The translations under genes were made by a program, and so were the position numbers. A stretch of 63,608 nt of DNA, the filler included, from Syncephalis fuscata S228 (lineage: Eukaryota > Fungi > Zoopagomycota), in assembly GCA_025786725.1 (NCBI GenBank). It is 6 parts of 6 records of this genome, joined end to end, with 100 filler letters (N's around TTAATTAATTAA, not from the genome) between each part and the next. Parts side by side here need not be neighbours in the genome. Positions count along the whole stretch, not along the records: positions 14,022 to 23,995 come from JAHLTZ010000300.1; positions 24,096 to 39,332 come from JAHLTZ010000220.1; 4 more parts are not named here. One strand, 5' to 3'. The notes below the pieces were generated by a model. The model searched no databases. It was not told the DNA's origin and was given only the letters and a program-made list of their open reading frames with translations. This document shows, one piece after another, positions 14,022 to 27,424 of the stretch (the first letter of the stretch is position 1; the number at the start of each line of letters is the position of its first letter).

Positions 14022-14112
14022 GTTCTGCCACACCAGTCCACCGTTCTGCCACCACCATTTCACCATTTTGCCACCACCATTTTACCGTTGAACAATTGAA
14101 CGGTTGAACCGT

Positions 14113-17100
14113 CGGACTCACTTCCACCACTTTTTGACTCCACTCTCTTTTCATTCCTTTTAGTGAACATAAATTAAAGTACCTGACATCTGGGTCCAAA
14201 ATACCATCATCATAGATTTATTATCCAGTATGCATATATTTTTAATCCAACAATATCATTAAGATGTATCTTTACATCCTACTCTTAGTCAAGACAGGTT
14301 GAACACTTATATTTATTATGCATTTCAATCAGCTTCCACTCAGTCCGCTCAGTGCGTTATAGCTTTATTATAGTTATTTTTATTATTAATAACTGTTTAT
14401 TACAATTATTAACCATTTAATGTGATTTGTGTCAAATGGCTACTTTTGATATTCGCGCAACTGGCCTGCACATTTGTTCTATTGAACATGGGACGGGTGG
14501 TGAGTTTTATTAACGATCAAATCATCACATTTGGTGTGATTTGGTGGTTAAATGGCTATTTTGATTATTTACGCGTTTGAACTAAACATTCAACTATTGA
14601 ACATGGAGCTGGGTGGTGAGCGACATCAAAGTTTAAAAACACTTGTCATTATAGATTTATTATCCAGTATGCATATATCTCTATCTACCTACACCACTCC
14701 TTTTATTCCGCACTTCTATGTATCATTCTACGACATACTGGACACATTCTGTTCATTAAGCACACCAGCACACTCTACTCATTCCCTCCTGCGTTATATG
14801 CACTATATTTTGACATCGTTATATGTCATTTTACACTCGCCCATCTATGCTCAATCCAAAACTGGTTTTATTTTTGTTCTAGCGTTATTATTAACAACTG
14901 TCGACTAATGTCGCTCATTGATCATGCATATATGCTCAGTACTATACCACTGCTGTCCATACTTTTTACTTTGTATATTCGTTTTATTATCCAGTAAATA
15001 CGCGCTAGCTATTACCGTTGTCTGTTTGGTTCTAGCACCACTATTAGAAAAGTTCACGCAAGTTGCTTATCTGCTCATGCATATAATGCTCGATAGCTTT
15101 AACAAAGCTAGTTGTCTTTTAACTAGCATACTGATAGCTTTATGCTATTTTACCGTACAGTTACTATGCGCCATCAATAACTACTGTCAGCTTGACGCCA
15201 GCTTAATATTGACAAGTTTGACTCGTTCCGCTTAGTCATTCCTTTCCAAGGCGCACTATAGCTTTAATGCTGCTACTCACACAATTACTTTTGGTATTTT
15301 ATTTGCTCCATATTATTGTATGCTTAATGGCTATGCTTTATTTGCAGAAGCTATACGTTCCTTGTAGCTGTTTGTTGCAAAGTTTAGCTCTGAGCACTTC
15401 TTTTACTCTTTGCACACAAACGCGCAAGTAGAATAGCCTTCTTACACTGCTAGTGCTCTTTTTGCTGTTTTCCAGTGCTGATATGTTGCAATGGTACGAA
15501 CGGCCAGCGATGAAACTGGTATAAGCTATTATACCAAAATAAGCTTGTTATTACAAAATAGATATTCGCTATGGGTGTTATGTATACGAGCTTTAAAAGT
15601 GTCGTATAGCTTATTGCAGGGTAATCATGTATTGCGCTATAGCTACTTGAGCACAAGGACAAAGTGTACGTATATTTACCATGTGGCCGTAGACAGTGCT
15701 GGCTACTCTATTCGACACAGTTAAAAGCAATAATAAACTTGGCCAAAAACAATTTGCTTTAAAGATTTATTAGATGGATTGCATTAGTATTCAACATATA
15801 AGCCATTGGTATTTACTGTAGCTACAAGCTTGAAACTGGTCCCATTTAGCTGCTTTGCGTGCCGCCTAAATGATCGGCATTGTTTGAATAAAGCCATAGC
15901 TGATATTGCCAAATAGACAGATTTACTTGCTATGCTACATGTAAAGTTTAGCATAGATCATTTTACGCTTAGTCGGTTAAGCCGTGTAATCTAGATTTAA
16001 TCCATCAGCTTATCGCGTTGTAAAGAGCTTACCAATATTAATGTTCAGACAATATAATGACAGCAATAAAGACTGTTTTGCAATAAGTGTACAAGAAAAC
16101 ACACGGTTTACTACATATTACACTAATAGTTACATGTACTGAAGATTCTACTGGAATGGTTGTAGCTGCTTATACGGAAGACTAAGAGCAATTGCGTAGT
16201 ACATTGGTCATAGACGGTTTTAGACGGCTCATGTTTTATTACGACATTTTCCACAACTATCACAATACATAAGCTGGCTTTACCGCTCCTCCGAACCAAC
16301 ACTGCACCTTTATCTTCTCTTTCTACTCTTTACCACTCGATATACGCTACACTCATTCGCCCTTACTGCCATTTGTGTCCAATATGCTTTGCACTTGCTA
16401 GCCGTCTAATGATTACAAGATCACTGCTGGTTGCTGCTATATGTACTAAGGTCGGTAAACGGGCGTGGGAGGTGCGATGCAGTTGTGCCTTTTGGCTATG
16501 AAGCACTGGATATGCAGTGTTCTAGAAGCTATATATCACGCAGTGTGTACTCCAGCATGCTGTAGAAGGCGCTTGTCTGCACATAGTTGATTGGTCTTTT
16601 GTATAGTAACATTGGTACGCTTACCGTGTGTTTGTTTGCGAGGTTGCCTTGCTGAGTATCTGGCTGTTGAGGCGACATAAGGTTTGCGCTTGAAGATATC
16701 TGATATCTGATGGTGCAGAGCAAATGTTGTTTGGACAACCACTACTTATTGCGGTGTAGTCAAGCAGCAAACATCATTGGCACATGTGGCTCATCTCGTT
16801 TACTGACCCTCTTCAATAGATATAGATTTAAGCGATATTTAGATTTGGCAAGAACAGGGCCACAATATGCTGTACAGTCATCCGGTTTGTACTAGTCTAT
16901 CATTATTTATGTATTTCTTTGTTTAAATAAATAAATGTAGCATTTCTTATTTATTAACATACTACTATTAGTTGCGTTCATATAAATACAGACATCTTCC
17001 CATTTAATAATAGTACTAGTTGTTTCTGCTATTGTTATTACACTGATAATAAACAACCTATTAAGCCATTGAATGTGCTTTGAAGGCAAACGATTAGATT

Positions 17101-17308
17101 TGATGCATCCATGCAGTTGAGCTAGACAATTGCTCTGTTGAACATAATAGCGAGTGGTGAGTGAATCAAAGTTTAGAATATTTATTGGCATAGATGTATT
17201 ATCCAGTACGCTTATATCCAACATTTACTTGTATCATTCGTCTATTATCGCATACTATTATGTATTATTCTACAATACACTAGCCGCATTCTGGTTATTA
17301 TGCGGCAA
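14113..17308. repeat. Left arm of ~3.2-kb palindrome (partner 18637-21844)
   Basis: Reverse-complement match; mirrored ORF calls such as 16907..17224(-) and 18723..19040(+). Confidence 0.95.
14380..15070 (+). repeat. Dispersed repeat family R copy
   Basis: Core motifs TATTGAACATG...GGTGAG...AGATTTATTATCCAGTATGCATATA...GTCGACTAATGTCGCTCA are shared with 22790-23500, 27425-28020, 42500-43200(rc), 44800-45480 and others. Confidence 0.85.
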
Positions 17309-18459
17309 CACACCTCACTCATCTCAACTATTACGCTGTACATTCACTAAATTGTATGCTGTTTATTGTATAACGCATAAGAGCTATGCAACGCCATTGT
17401 TGTTTTGATGCCAGATCTATTATTAAATAAGTGCTCTTTTATGTTTTAGCGCTTTTGGCATCGGAAAGGCGCTGTAGCATTAACACCATTTGTGCGGGCG
17501 CTTGAATGGCCATATTGGTACACTGTAGCTTTAGTACTGTAGATTTGACATAGATATTATATACTTTATATTTATAGAGTGTTGTTATATATTGTTATAC
17601 AGTATATTGGCCACACTACATCGATTGGCGTTGTCCATTTTACCCTAGCTTTATCTTTAAAGTTGGCCACTTATTACACTCATTTTGCTAATGCTCATGT
17701 TACACGGTTACAATTAGACATACTAGAAAATTAACAGTAAATTAACTAAAAATATACTGCAGTCCAATTGATTCTGCCTACTCAAACGACAATTATGGCC
17801 ATACTAAGCCAATAAAATGAGATGTGCAAATACTTAGTATTTTATCCAGAATTGTACATGCATATCAGAGTAATATTGGTTAAATATTGGTATAAATAAT
17901 AAGTATACAGATAAATTTGTTTATTTACTGATGTAGTTTGTTTATTATGATAGTGCATTGATCAGTGTATGGTATATTGGCTATTAGCTATCAATTCAGC
18001 CTATTCTAGTGCAGCCACTGTAGCCACTGTAGCCATTTCAGCTAAGGGCCGCTTAGTATGGTCCTCGCAGGTCATTACTCGTATTTTAGCTACTGTATTT
18101 TGTTTATTTTACGTAGTTTTACGTAGTTTACGCATCACTTGCTTCCCTGCGTTGCTTCTACGTATTTGTCTATGTAATAGTACACTGCACACCATACTTG
18201 CTCCATTTCACTTATGTTGGCCTCAGTCCACACTGTATATCGCTCAGTACCTTCCCAACAGTCCCACTTTTTGATATGAATATATAACAGCATCAAAAGC
18301 TAAGTTGAGATAAACCCAAGGTTTAAAGCTGTGAGCCAACCATTGCACCATTTCCGGTTGGCCTTGCCATTGCTGTGAATACGCATTGTTCCGTTGATCA
18401 GCACCAAAGCCGTTGCTAGTTGACAACAGCTGGTTTGTCTACCAGAAGGTTAAACAGCG

Positions 18460-18810
18460 TGGATGTGCATGAGCAAAATAGTTTAATTTTATTAATGATA
18501 AAGCTAGTGCAAAAATAAATATGGTTGGATAGATGAAGGATGGACGATAATAAAATGATATGTAGAATAGCAAATGTACGGTAAAAAACATAAAAGCAGT
18601 GTCAAACAGTGTATATAGCGTAATGAGCAAAGTATATTGCCGCATGTAATAACCAGAATGCGGCTAGTGTATTGTAGAATAATACATAATAGTATGCGAT
18701 AATATACGAACGATACAAGTAAATGTTGGATATAAGCGTACTGGATAATACATCTATGCCAATAAATATTTTAAACTTTGATTCACCCACCACTCGTTAT
18801 TATGTTCAAC
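18460..18810 (-). repeat. Repeat R copy, inverted relative to the copy at ~17135-17360
   Basis: Aligns by eye to 42670-43010 (AAAGCTAG..AATGTACGGTAA..GTGTATATAGCG..TACTGGATAAT). Confidence 0.75.
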
Positions 18811-21800
18811 AGAGCAATTGTCTAGCTCAACTGCATGGATGCATCAAATTTAATCGTTTGCCTTCAAAGCACATTCAATGGCTTAATAGGTTGTTTATTA
18901 TCAGTGTAATAACAATAGCAGAAACAACTAGTACTATTATTAAATGGGAAGATGTCTGTATTTATATGAACGCAACTAATAGTAGTATGTTAATAAATAA
19001 GAAATGCTACATTTATTTATTTAAACAAAGAAATACATAAATAATGATAGACTAGTACAAACCGGATGACTGTACAGCATATTGTGGCCCTGTTCTTGCC
19101 AAATCTAAATATCGCTTAAATCTATATCTATTGAAGAGGGTCAGTAAACGAGATGAGCCACATGTGCCAATGATGTTTGCTGCTTGACTACACCGCAATA
19201 AGTAGTGGTTGTCCAAACAACATTTGCTCTGCACCATCAGATATCAGATATCTTCAAGCGCAAACCTTATGTCGCCTCAACAGCCAGATACTCAGCAAGG
19301 CAACCTCGCAAACAAACACACGGTAAGCGTACCAATGTTACTATACAAAAGACCAATCAACTATGTGCAGACAAGCGCCTTCTACAGCATGCTGGGGTAC
19401 ACACTGCGTGATATATAGCTTCTAGAACACTGCATATCCAGTGCTTCATAGCCAAAAGGCACAACTGCATCGCACCTCCCACGCCCGTTTACCGACCTTA
19501 GTACATATAGCAGCAACCAGCAGTGATCTTGTAATCATTAGACGGCTAGCAAGTGCAAAGCATATTGGACAACAAATGGCAGTAAGGGCGAATGAGTGTA
19601 GGTATATCGAGTGGTAAAGAGTAGAAAGAGAAGATAAAGGTGCAGTGTTGGTTCGGAGGAGCGGTAAAGCCAGCTTATGTATTGTGATAGTTGTGGAAAA
19701 TGTCGTAATAAAACATGAGCCGTCTAAAACCGTCTATGACCAATGTACTACGCAATTGCTCTTAGTCTTCCGTATAAGCAGCTACAACCATTCCAGTAGA
19801 ATCTTCAGTACATGTAACTATTAGTGTAATATGTAGTAAACCGTGTGTTTTCTTGTACACTTATTGCAAAACAGTCTTTATTGCTGTCATTATATTGTCT
19901 GAACATTAATATTGGTAAGCTCTTTACAACGCGATAAGCTGATGGATTAAATCTAGATTACACGGCTTAACCGACTAAGCGTAAAAATGATCTATGCTAA
20001 ACTTTACATGTAGCATAGCAAGTAAATCTGTCTATTTGGCAATATCAGTTATGGCTTTATTTCAAACAATGCCGATCATTTAGGCGGCACGCAAAGCAGC
20101 TAAATGGGACCAGTTTCAAGCTTGTAGCTACAGTAAATACCAATGGCTTATATGTTGAATACTAATGCAATCCATCTAATAAAATCTTTAAAGCAAATTG
20201 TTTTTGGCCAAGTTTATTATTGCTTTTAACTGTGTCGAATAGAGTAGCCAGCACTGTCTACGGCCACATGGTAAATATACGTACACTTTGTCCTTGTGCT
20301 CAAGTAGCTATAGCGCAATACATGATAACCCTGCAATAAGCTATACGACACTTTTAAAGCTCGTATACATAACACCCATAGCGAATATCTATTTTGTAAT
20401 AACAAGCTTTATTTGGTATAATAGCTTATACCAGTTCATCGCTGGCCCGTTCGATACCATTGCAACATATCAGCACTGGAAAACAGCAAAAAGAGCACTA
20501 GCAGTGTAAGAAGGCTATTCTACTTGCGCGTTTGTGTGCAAAGAGTAAAAGAAGTGCTCAGAGCTAAACTTTGCAACAAACAGCTAACAAGGAACGTATA
20601 GCTTCTGCAAATAAAGCATAGCCATTAAGCATACAATAATATGGAGCAAATAAAATACCAAAAGTAATTGTGTGAGTAGCAGCATTAAAGCTATAGTGCG
20701 CCTTGAGAAGGAATGACTAAGCGGAACGAGTCAAACTTGTCAATATTAAGCTGGCGTCAAGCTGACAGTAGTTATTGATGGCGCATAGTAACTGTACGGT
20801 AAAATAGCATAACAGCTATCAGCTATGCTAGTTAAAAGACAACTAGCTTTGTTAAAGCTATCGAGCATATATGCATGAGCAGATAAGCAACTTGCGTGAA
20901 CTTTTCTAATAATGGTGCTAGAACCAAACAGACAACGGTAATAGCTAGCGCGTATTTACTAGATAATAAAACGAATATACAAAGTAAAAAGTATGGACAG
21001 CAGTGGTATAGCTACTGAGCATATATGCATGATCAATGAGCGACATTAGTCGACAGTTGTTAATAATAACGCTAGAACAAAAATAAAACCAGTTTTGGAT
21101 TGAGCATAGATGGGCGAGTGTAAAATGACATATAAACGATGTCAAACTATAGTGCATATAACGCAAGGAGGGAATGAGTAGAGTGTGCTGGTGTGCTTAA
21201 TGAACAGAATGTGTCCAGTATGTCGTAGAATGATACATAGAAGTGCGGAATAAAAGGGAGTGGTGTAGGTAGATAGAGATATATGCATACTGGATAATAA
21301 ATCTATAATGACAAGTGTTTTAAACTTTGATGTCGCTCACCACCCAGCTCCATGTTCAATAGGTTGAATGTTTAGTTCAAACGCGTAAATAATCAAAATA
21401 GCCATTTAACCACCAAATCACACCAAATGTGATGATTTGATCGTTAATAAAACTCACCACCCGTCCCCATGTTCAATAGAACAAATGTGCAGGCCAGTTG
21501 CGCGAATATCAAAAGTAGCCGTTTGACACAAATCACATTAAATGGTTAATAATTGTAATAAACAGTTAATAATAATAAAAATAACTATAATAAAGCTATA
21601 ACGCACTGAGCGGACTGAGTGAAGCTGATTGAAATGCATAATAAATATAAGTGTTCAACCTGTCATTGACTAAGAGTAGGATGTAAAGATACATCTTAAT
21701 GATATTGTTGGATTAAAAATATATGCATACTGGATAATAAATCTATGATGATGGTATTTTGGACCCAGATGTCAGGTACTTTAATTTTATGTTCACTAAA

Positions 21801-21844
21801 AGGAATGAAAAGAGAGTGGAGTCAAAAGTGGTGGAAGTGAGTCG
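18637..21844. repeat. Right arm of palindrome (partner 14113-17308)
   Basis: Reverse-complement match. Confidence 0.95.
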
Positions 21845-21945
21845 AACGGCTCAGCGGCTTAAATGTTCAACGGCTCAAATGTTCAACGGCTCAAATGTTC
21901 AACGGTTTAAATGTTCAACGGCTCAAATGTTCAACGGCTCAACAG
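21845..21945. repeat. 16-bp minisatellite, 5 full units (AAATGTTCAACGG-CTC/TTT)
   Basis: Direct reading; same flanks as the 28-unit array at 44059-44520. Confidence 0.95.
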
Positions 21946-22789
21946 TCCACTCGATGCGTTTTATACACTACGATCTTAACAATGCTGTTTACACTATTCT
22001 CATTGCGTATTCATTTTAAAAGACATCACTTTATGTTTACTTAGCTTTGCTTCATTCAGAACTGTTGTCCTTTTTTCTAGCTTTATTTTTACAAACCTCA
22101 ACTGTTTTCGCTCGTTCATTAAGGCTCTTTACACCGAATAACTACGCCGCTGGCATTCATACTTTTTGCTTTGTATATTCGTTCTATTTTATTTTGTTTC
22201 ATCAAATAATAAATGCGCTTTATTTAACATTTATATTCATTTAATTCGCTTTGTTAGTTACAACTTTGATATACTTCGCTTAGTCCGCTCATGATTTATT
22301 TACAATGCAGCTTCTACTTCATTGTTCATTTGTTTAATTGCATACCACTTTTATTTAATAAGCACGTACTACTCATTGTAGTCTTCTACTTGCTAATGGC
22401 TTCATTTGTTGTTAAGTCTGCCAACTGCCACTTTTTTCTCTCTACTTTTATTCAATATGCTCAGTGTGGCCTCCACTCTATACTGCCAAATACTTGTAAA
22501 TAACAACTTACTATTTTATATTAGCCACATATTTTGTTTTATCAAATAATGGCGTTTGTTAGCCTACTTAAATCTACTGTTACTATGCCATCTGCTATGT
22601 TTGCTGTAGTGCTTTGATATGCGCGTGTATATATACTTACGTAAAGAACAACTATGTATCCGATTATTCCTTACTATCAGTAAAGATCTTCCAACGCTTT
22701 CTAACTAATATTCTACACATTCATATGCGTATATAATTGTCGTTGTGTTTTTATAACAATAATTATTTATTTAGCTGTCTTATTAAAGC

Positions 22790-23500
22790 TATTGCATTAA
22801 TATTAAACAGTTTATTAGCCACTTAGTGTAACTTGGGAGACAAATGACTTTTTAATAATATTCGCGTAATTGGACTACACATCTATTCTATTGAACATGG
22901 GACAAGTGGTGAGTTTTATTTAATCATCACATCATCACATTTGTTGTTTGCTTGGTGGTCAAATGACTATTTTTAATAACATCCAGCCTATTGAACATGA
23001 TGATGGGCGGTGAGTGACGTCTATCATCAAAATACTCATCATTATAGATTCATTATCCAGTATGCATATATCCTCTATTCACGTATACCATTCTTTTATA
23101 TCCCACACCTCTATATACCATTTTATAACATACTAGGTACATTCTATCATCTGTTTGTCCCAATACACTTTTCTCTCTCCATTCATTGCGCTATATACAC
23201 TATAGCTTTGATGTCGTTTTACATGCTTTCTTACCATACATTTATCATTCTATACATCACTCTATACTCGTATAGCCTTGCTCTATCCAAAAATATGTTT
23301 ATTTCTGTTCTAGCTTTATTATTTATAAATGTCGACTAATGTCGCTCATTCACTCATGCATATATGCTTAGTAGCTATACCACTGCTATTCATACTTTTT
23401 ACTTTATATATTCGTTTCATTCTGTATCGTTCTGTCATATGATAGCCATGCGCTACTCAAAACTGCTGTTTATTTGGCGCTAGGTCTATTGGTTGTAAAG
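22790..23500 (+). repeat. Dispersed repeat family R copy
   Basis: Same core motifs as 14380-15070, diverged by many substitutions. Confidence 0.85.
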
Positions 23501-23995
23501 CTCAGCTCATTCCTTTCTTATCTCTCATTGGTCCATATACACTGCAGCAGTTACTTTCCTGTCTATACACTTTAGCGTGTCTACTCGTCTTATTGCGTAG
23601 TGCTTTGTTTTCTAATAAACGTGCGCAGTTTGTTACAGTGGTTCACTTGTTAGTAGCTTTATTTGTTGTAAGATCTGCCGCTTGTCGTTCATGTCTACTT
23701 TCATTCAGTCTATTCAGCATGGCCTTCTTCTATGCTGTTGAATATTTGTAAATAGCAAGCTACAGTTGTTGCAGCGGCTACATAGCCTTTTGTGGTATAT
23801 AAGCACGCTTGTTAATTGGGTCGAGATTTTTATTACGGCCGTCAGCTATTGCTACACGCCGCTACAAATCATTAAACTGTATTGTATATCGTATATTCTG
23901 GTAAATCCGTGTTTTGTTTATTTTTGAAGTTACAAGGATTATTCAATCGACAGCTTTTGTTGGTGGTTAATTTAGACTGTCAGCTTATTTATGGC

Positions 23996-24095
23996 NNNNN
24001 NNNNNNNNNNNNNNNNNNNNNNNNNNNNNNNNNNNNNNNTTAATTAATTAANNNNNNNNNNNNNNNNNNNNNNNNNNNNNNNNNNNNNNNNNNNN
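23996..24095. other. Artificial contig linker
   Basis: N-TTAATTAATTAA-N. Confidence 0.99.
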
Positions 24096-24615
24096 TAAAC
24101 AATATAACAGTATACAATATAATGAATATACAATATTGAGTACTGATTAGTAGTGTTGGCGTTAATGAGTATATATACATGGGCAGTTGAGCGACATTAG
24201 TCAACATTTATTAATAATAAAGCTAAAGCAAAAATACAACCAGTTTCGAATAAAGCAAGACTAAACAGGTATAGAATGATATAGAATAGTATGAATATTG
24301 GTGTTGAAGTTATAGTGTATATAACGCAATGAGTGGAGTGAGTAAAGTGTATTGGGACATATAAACAATAGAATGTTTCAGTATAACATAGAACGATATA
24401 CAGTAGTATGGAACAGTATGAGAATGATATAGGTAAATAGTGGATATATGTTACTGGATAATGAATCTACAATGATGAGTATTTAATGATTGATGTCACT
24501 CACCACATCATCATGGTCAATAGATTAAATGTTTAATTTAAATGTGTAAATAATCAGTATAGTTATTTGGTCACGAAATCACACTAAATCAATATTATTA
24601 TTTATTGCAATTGTA
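24096..24615 (-). repeat. Left arm of inverted repeat around hexokinase (R-family sequence; partner 27425-27948)
   Basis: Reverse complement of 27425-27948 apart from a few 1-2 nt indels; starts exactly at the contig edge. Confidence 0.95.
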
Positions 24616-25694
24616 TAATAATGTTAAATGATACACGGCATATTATATTGTTACAAACCAGATTTATGGTTATGTAAGGTTTGCTAAGCAACCAAATAAA
24701 GTAGGAGTGGAAGGTGGTTTAGTCAAATGTTAATTACTTAAGTTAATAAATATTATCAAAGTAGTATTTTAATAACTTTTATTATAAACAATAACTTTAT
24801 TCAGTAATTTAAAACAGAAGTCTCAACTGTATAAACCTGAAAGTAAGCTAAAAGAAATTGGAAGTAGAAAAAGTTATTTATTATATGTTTGGCCGGCAGT
24901 ATTAAGTATTTATAATACTGTCAGCAGTTAAAATGGAGAGTAAATGCAATGGACCCTGATGGGGAAAACCTTAATTGAAGTACAACAAAGTCTAAATTGA
25001 AGTTTGCTGAATCATGTAATTTAGGCAATGGTAACAATATTGTCATAAAAAGCAAACTATATAAGAATAGAATAAGAATAGAATAAATTAATATTTTATT
25101 AAAAATAAGCAATTGTGTTTGTAGTTATATTGGAATATGTTATTTTTTTAGTACGAATATAAAGGTAACGTATGTTTTAAAGGTCTGTGGCCAGTAGCAA
25201 CACACGACAATAGAATTAATACATTTTAATTTGATAAATAAATTTCAAAATTTACATACTTTTAAAAGTTGAACAAAATAGCACAACACACATTTACAGC
25301 ATAATGATATTAGCATGAATAAACAAAAATGCTCAACTATGTAAATTACCGATACTACTCCTATACAAGCTTATATAAAAATGTGATGGTCAAGCTCGAT
25401 ACCATGAAATCCTATGCTGACATGGTGCTAAAAAGCATTGCTTATAACCAAGAAATTAAAGCGCCGATCCTTAGTTTTAAATAAACAAATGAATGAATGA
25501 ATAAGAGTATACCGTTGTGACGATATATTGCCCTGTGACGGAGTTAGTGAATACCATCACATATAATGTCTGCGGCAAACGAAAGGAAGGAAAAGCTTAT
25601 TTTTTGTTTTACTGCACAAATAAGGTTTGTTCTGCTACAGCTTTATCCTTTTCAGTTATTTTTTCGCAACACTATCATTGCTTGTCTGTCTACC

Positions 25695-27134
25695 ATGACT
25701 ATTCATTCCAACAATACTTTGCTAAAGGTGCCTTCCAAAAACTTACTAACTGACAAGCAACAAGCTCAGTTAGATAGAATTACTGAGGCATTTACCGTTA
25801 GTAATGAACAGCTAGATACTATATTGGCGGCACAGTCGGCCGCAATGGCTAATGGCTTAGCAGCTTATGGCAATACAATAGCTATGATTCCGGTCTATGT
25901 TGTTGGAAGAATTACCGGTAATGAAGTAGGCACTTACCTAGCACTTGATTTAGGCGGCACTCATTTGCGTATTTGTGCTATTCATTTACAAGGTTGTGGC
26001 AAGCTAGACCTTTGCTCACGCAAATTTACCGTGCCTGATAATTATAAAACAAATTCAACTGGTAAAGTTCTATTTGATTACCTTGCAAAATGTATTCGTC
26101 AATTTATCGACGAGGAGACATCGCTGCCTACACTTAAACCAGGCGCATTTTACTCACTCGGCTTTACATTTTCTTATCCTGTACATCAGCTGGCAATTGA
26201 TCGAGGTACATTAATTACGTGGACCAAAGGATTTAATTTACCAGATGTTGTTGATAAAGATGTTGCGCAACTACTTCAATCGGCCTTGTACCGCCATAAT
26301 CTGCCGGTCAAAGTAAAGGCACTTATTAACGATACAGCTGGCTGTTTACTCGCACATGCGTATCGTGATCCAACGGCCCAGGCTGGCATTATCATCGGTA
26401 CAGGGAATAATGCCGCTTACTACGAACGCGTATCTCGTATTGGAAAACTAAATGATAGCCATAGTAATGAAGAAATGATCATTAATACTGAATGGGGCGC
26501 ATTTGATACAGAGCGTAAAATACTGCCACAAACACGATTTGATGTACGTGTTGATCGAATGTCACCACATCCGTTTAAACAGCCATTTGAAAAGATGGTT
26601 GGTGGTCAGTATCTTGGAGAATTACTTCGTCTTGTTTTACTTGACTTTATTGATCGTCGTTTATTATTTGACGGTCATTCATCCGACAGTTTGAATCGAC
26701 CATTATCACTGGATACCAAGTATTTAAGCATGATAGAAGGAGATACAACAGATGAACTAACACAAACTCAGCACGTACTTGAAGCGGTCATAGGATTGCC
26801 AGCTGGTAAAAGTACACTTGCAGAACGTCGTCTTGTACAACATATCTGTACGCTAATATCGACGCGATCAGCTCGATTATGCGCAACTGGACTTGCCGCA
26901 CTTATTAGTCTTCGGCCTGACCTTATCACCAACAATACTACTAATACCTCTAATCGTATTGCCGTTGGTATTGATGGCAGTTTATTTGAATGGTATCCGC
27001 ATTACGCCGATCGAATGACTACGGCTTTAAAACACCATTTGAAAACAGATCATAAAGTTGTACTGTCTCTAACAAAAGATGGCAGTGTTATTGGCGCGGC
27101 CTTGGCCTGTCTTTTGGCAGAACAACACCAGTAA
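25695..27134 (+). CDS. HXK: Hexokinase (intronless; in-frame upstream ATG at 25566)
   Basis: YLALDLGGT, LGFTFSYP, LITWTKGF, ALINDT, IIGTG, INTEWGAF, FEKM..G.YLGE, IDGSLF and DGS..GAA motifs. Confidence 0.95.
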   Translation: MTIHSNNTLLKVPSKNLLTDKQQAQLDRITEAFTVSNEQLDTILAAQSAAMANGLAAYGNTIAMIPVYVVGRITGNEVGTYLALDLGGTHLRICAIHLQGCGKLDLCSRKFTVPDNYKTNSTGKVLFDYLAKCIRQFIDEETSLPTLKPGAFYSLGFTFSYPVHQLAIDRGTLITWTKGFNLPDVVDKDVAQLLQSALYRHNLPVKVKALINDTAGCLLAHAYRDPTAQAGIIIGTGNNAAYYERVSRIGKLNDSHSNEEMIINTEWGAFDTERKILPQTRFDVRVDRMSPHPFKQPFEKMVGGQYLGELLRLVLLDFIDRRLLFDGHSSDSLNRPLSLDTKYLSMIEGDTTDELTQTQHVLEAVIGLPAGKSTLAERRLVQHICTLISTRSARLCATGLAALISLRPDLITNNTTNTSNRIAVGIDGSLFEWYPHYADRMTTALKHHLKTDHKVVLSLTKDGSVIGAALACLLAEQHQ

Positions 27135-27424
27135 CAGCAGTAATAACAATAACAATTACTCAATATTAATGATTTTTTATAGTATTTGTTTGAGATAGAT
27201 ACTGCAATTAAGATCGGGACAACATGAATTATAGAATATAAAATAAAGGATAATGCTTTTACCAATCGAATAGTGTATAAATTTTATATCATTATGAATT
27301 AAAGTCTAGTAATTAAGTATATAAAGATCGATAAAATGATACAAATGTTTTATACGTTGCTTTGTTGAATCTATATTATAATAGTATATGACAAATTACA
27401 TATGTAATTGTATAGTGGATAGCT

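Noticed and set aside
14022-14112. C-rich TTCTGCCACCACCA repeats at the contig start as a telomere
   Set aside because: Irregular, and located where the 16-bp satellite is expected; likely low-quality read end.
14552-23339. Many 60-118 aa ORFs in the palindromic region and their copies in 42664-48689
   Set aside because: No recognisable motifs, often non-ATG starts, and several differ between near-identical copies.
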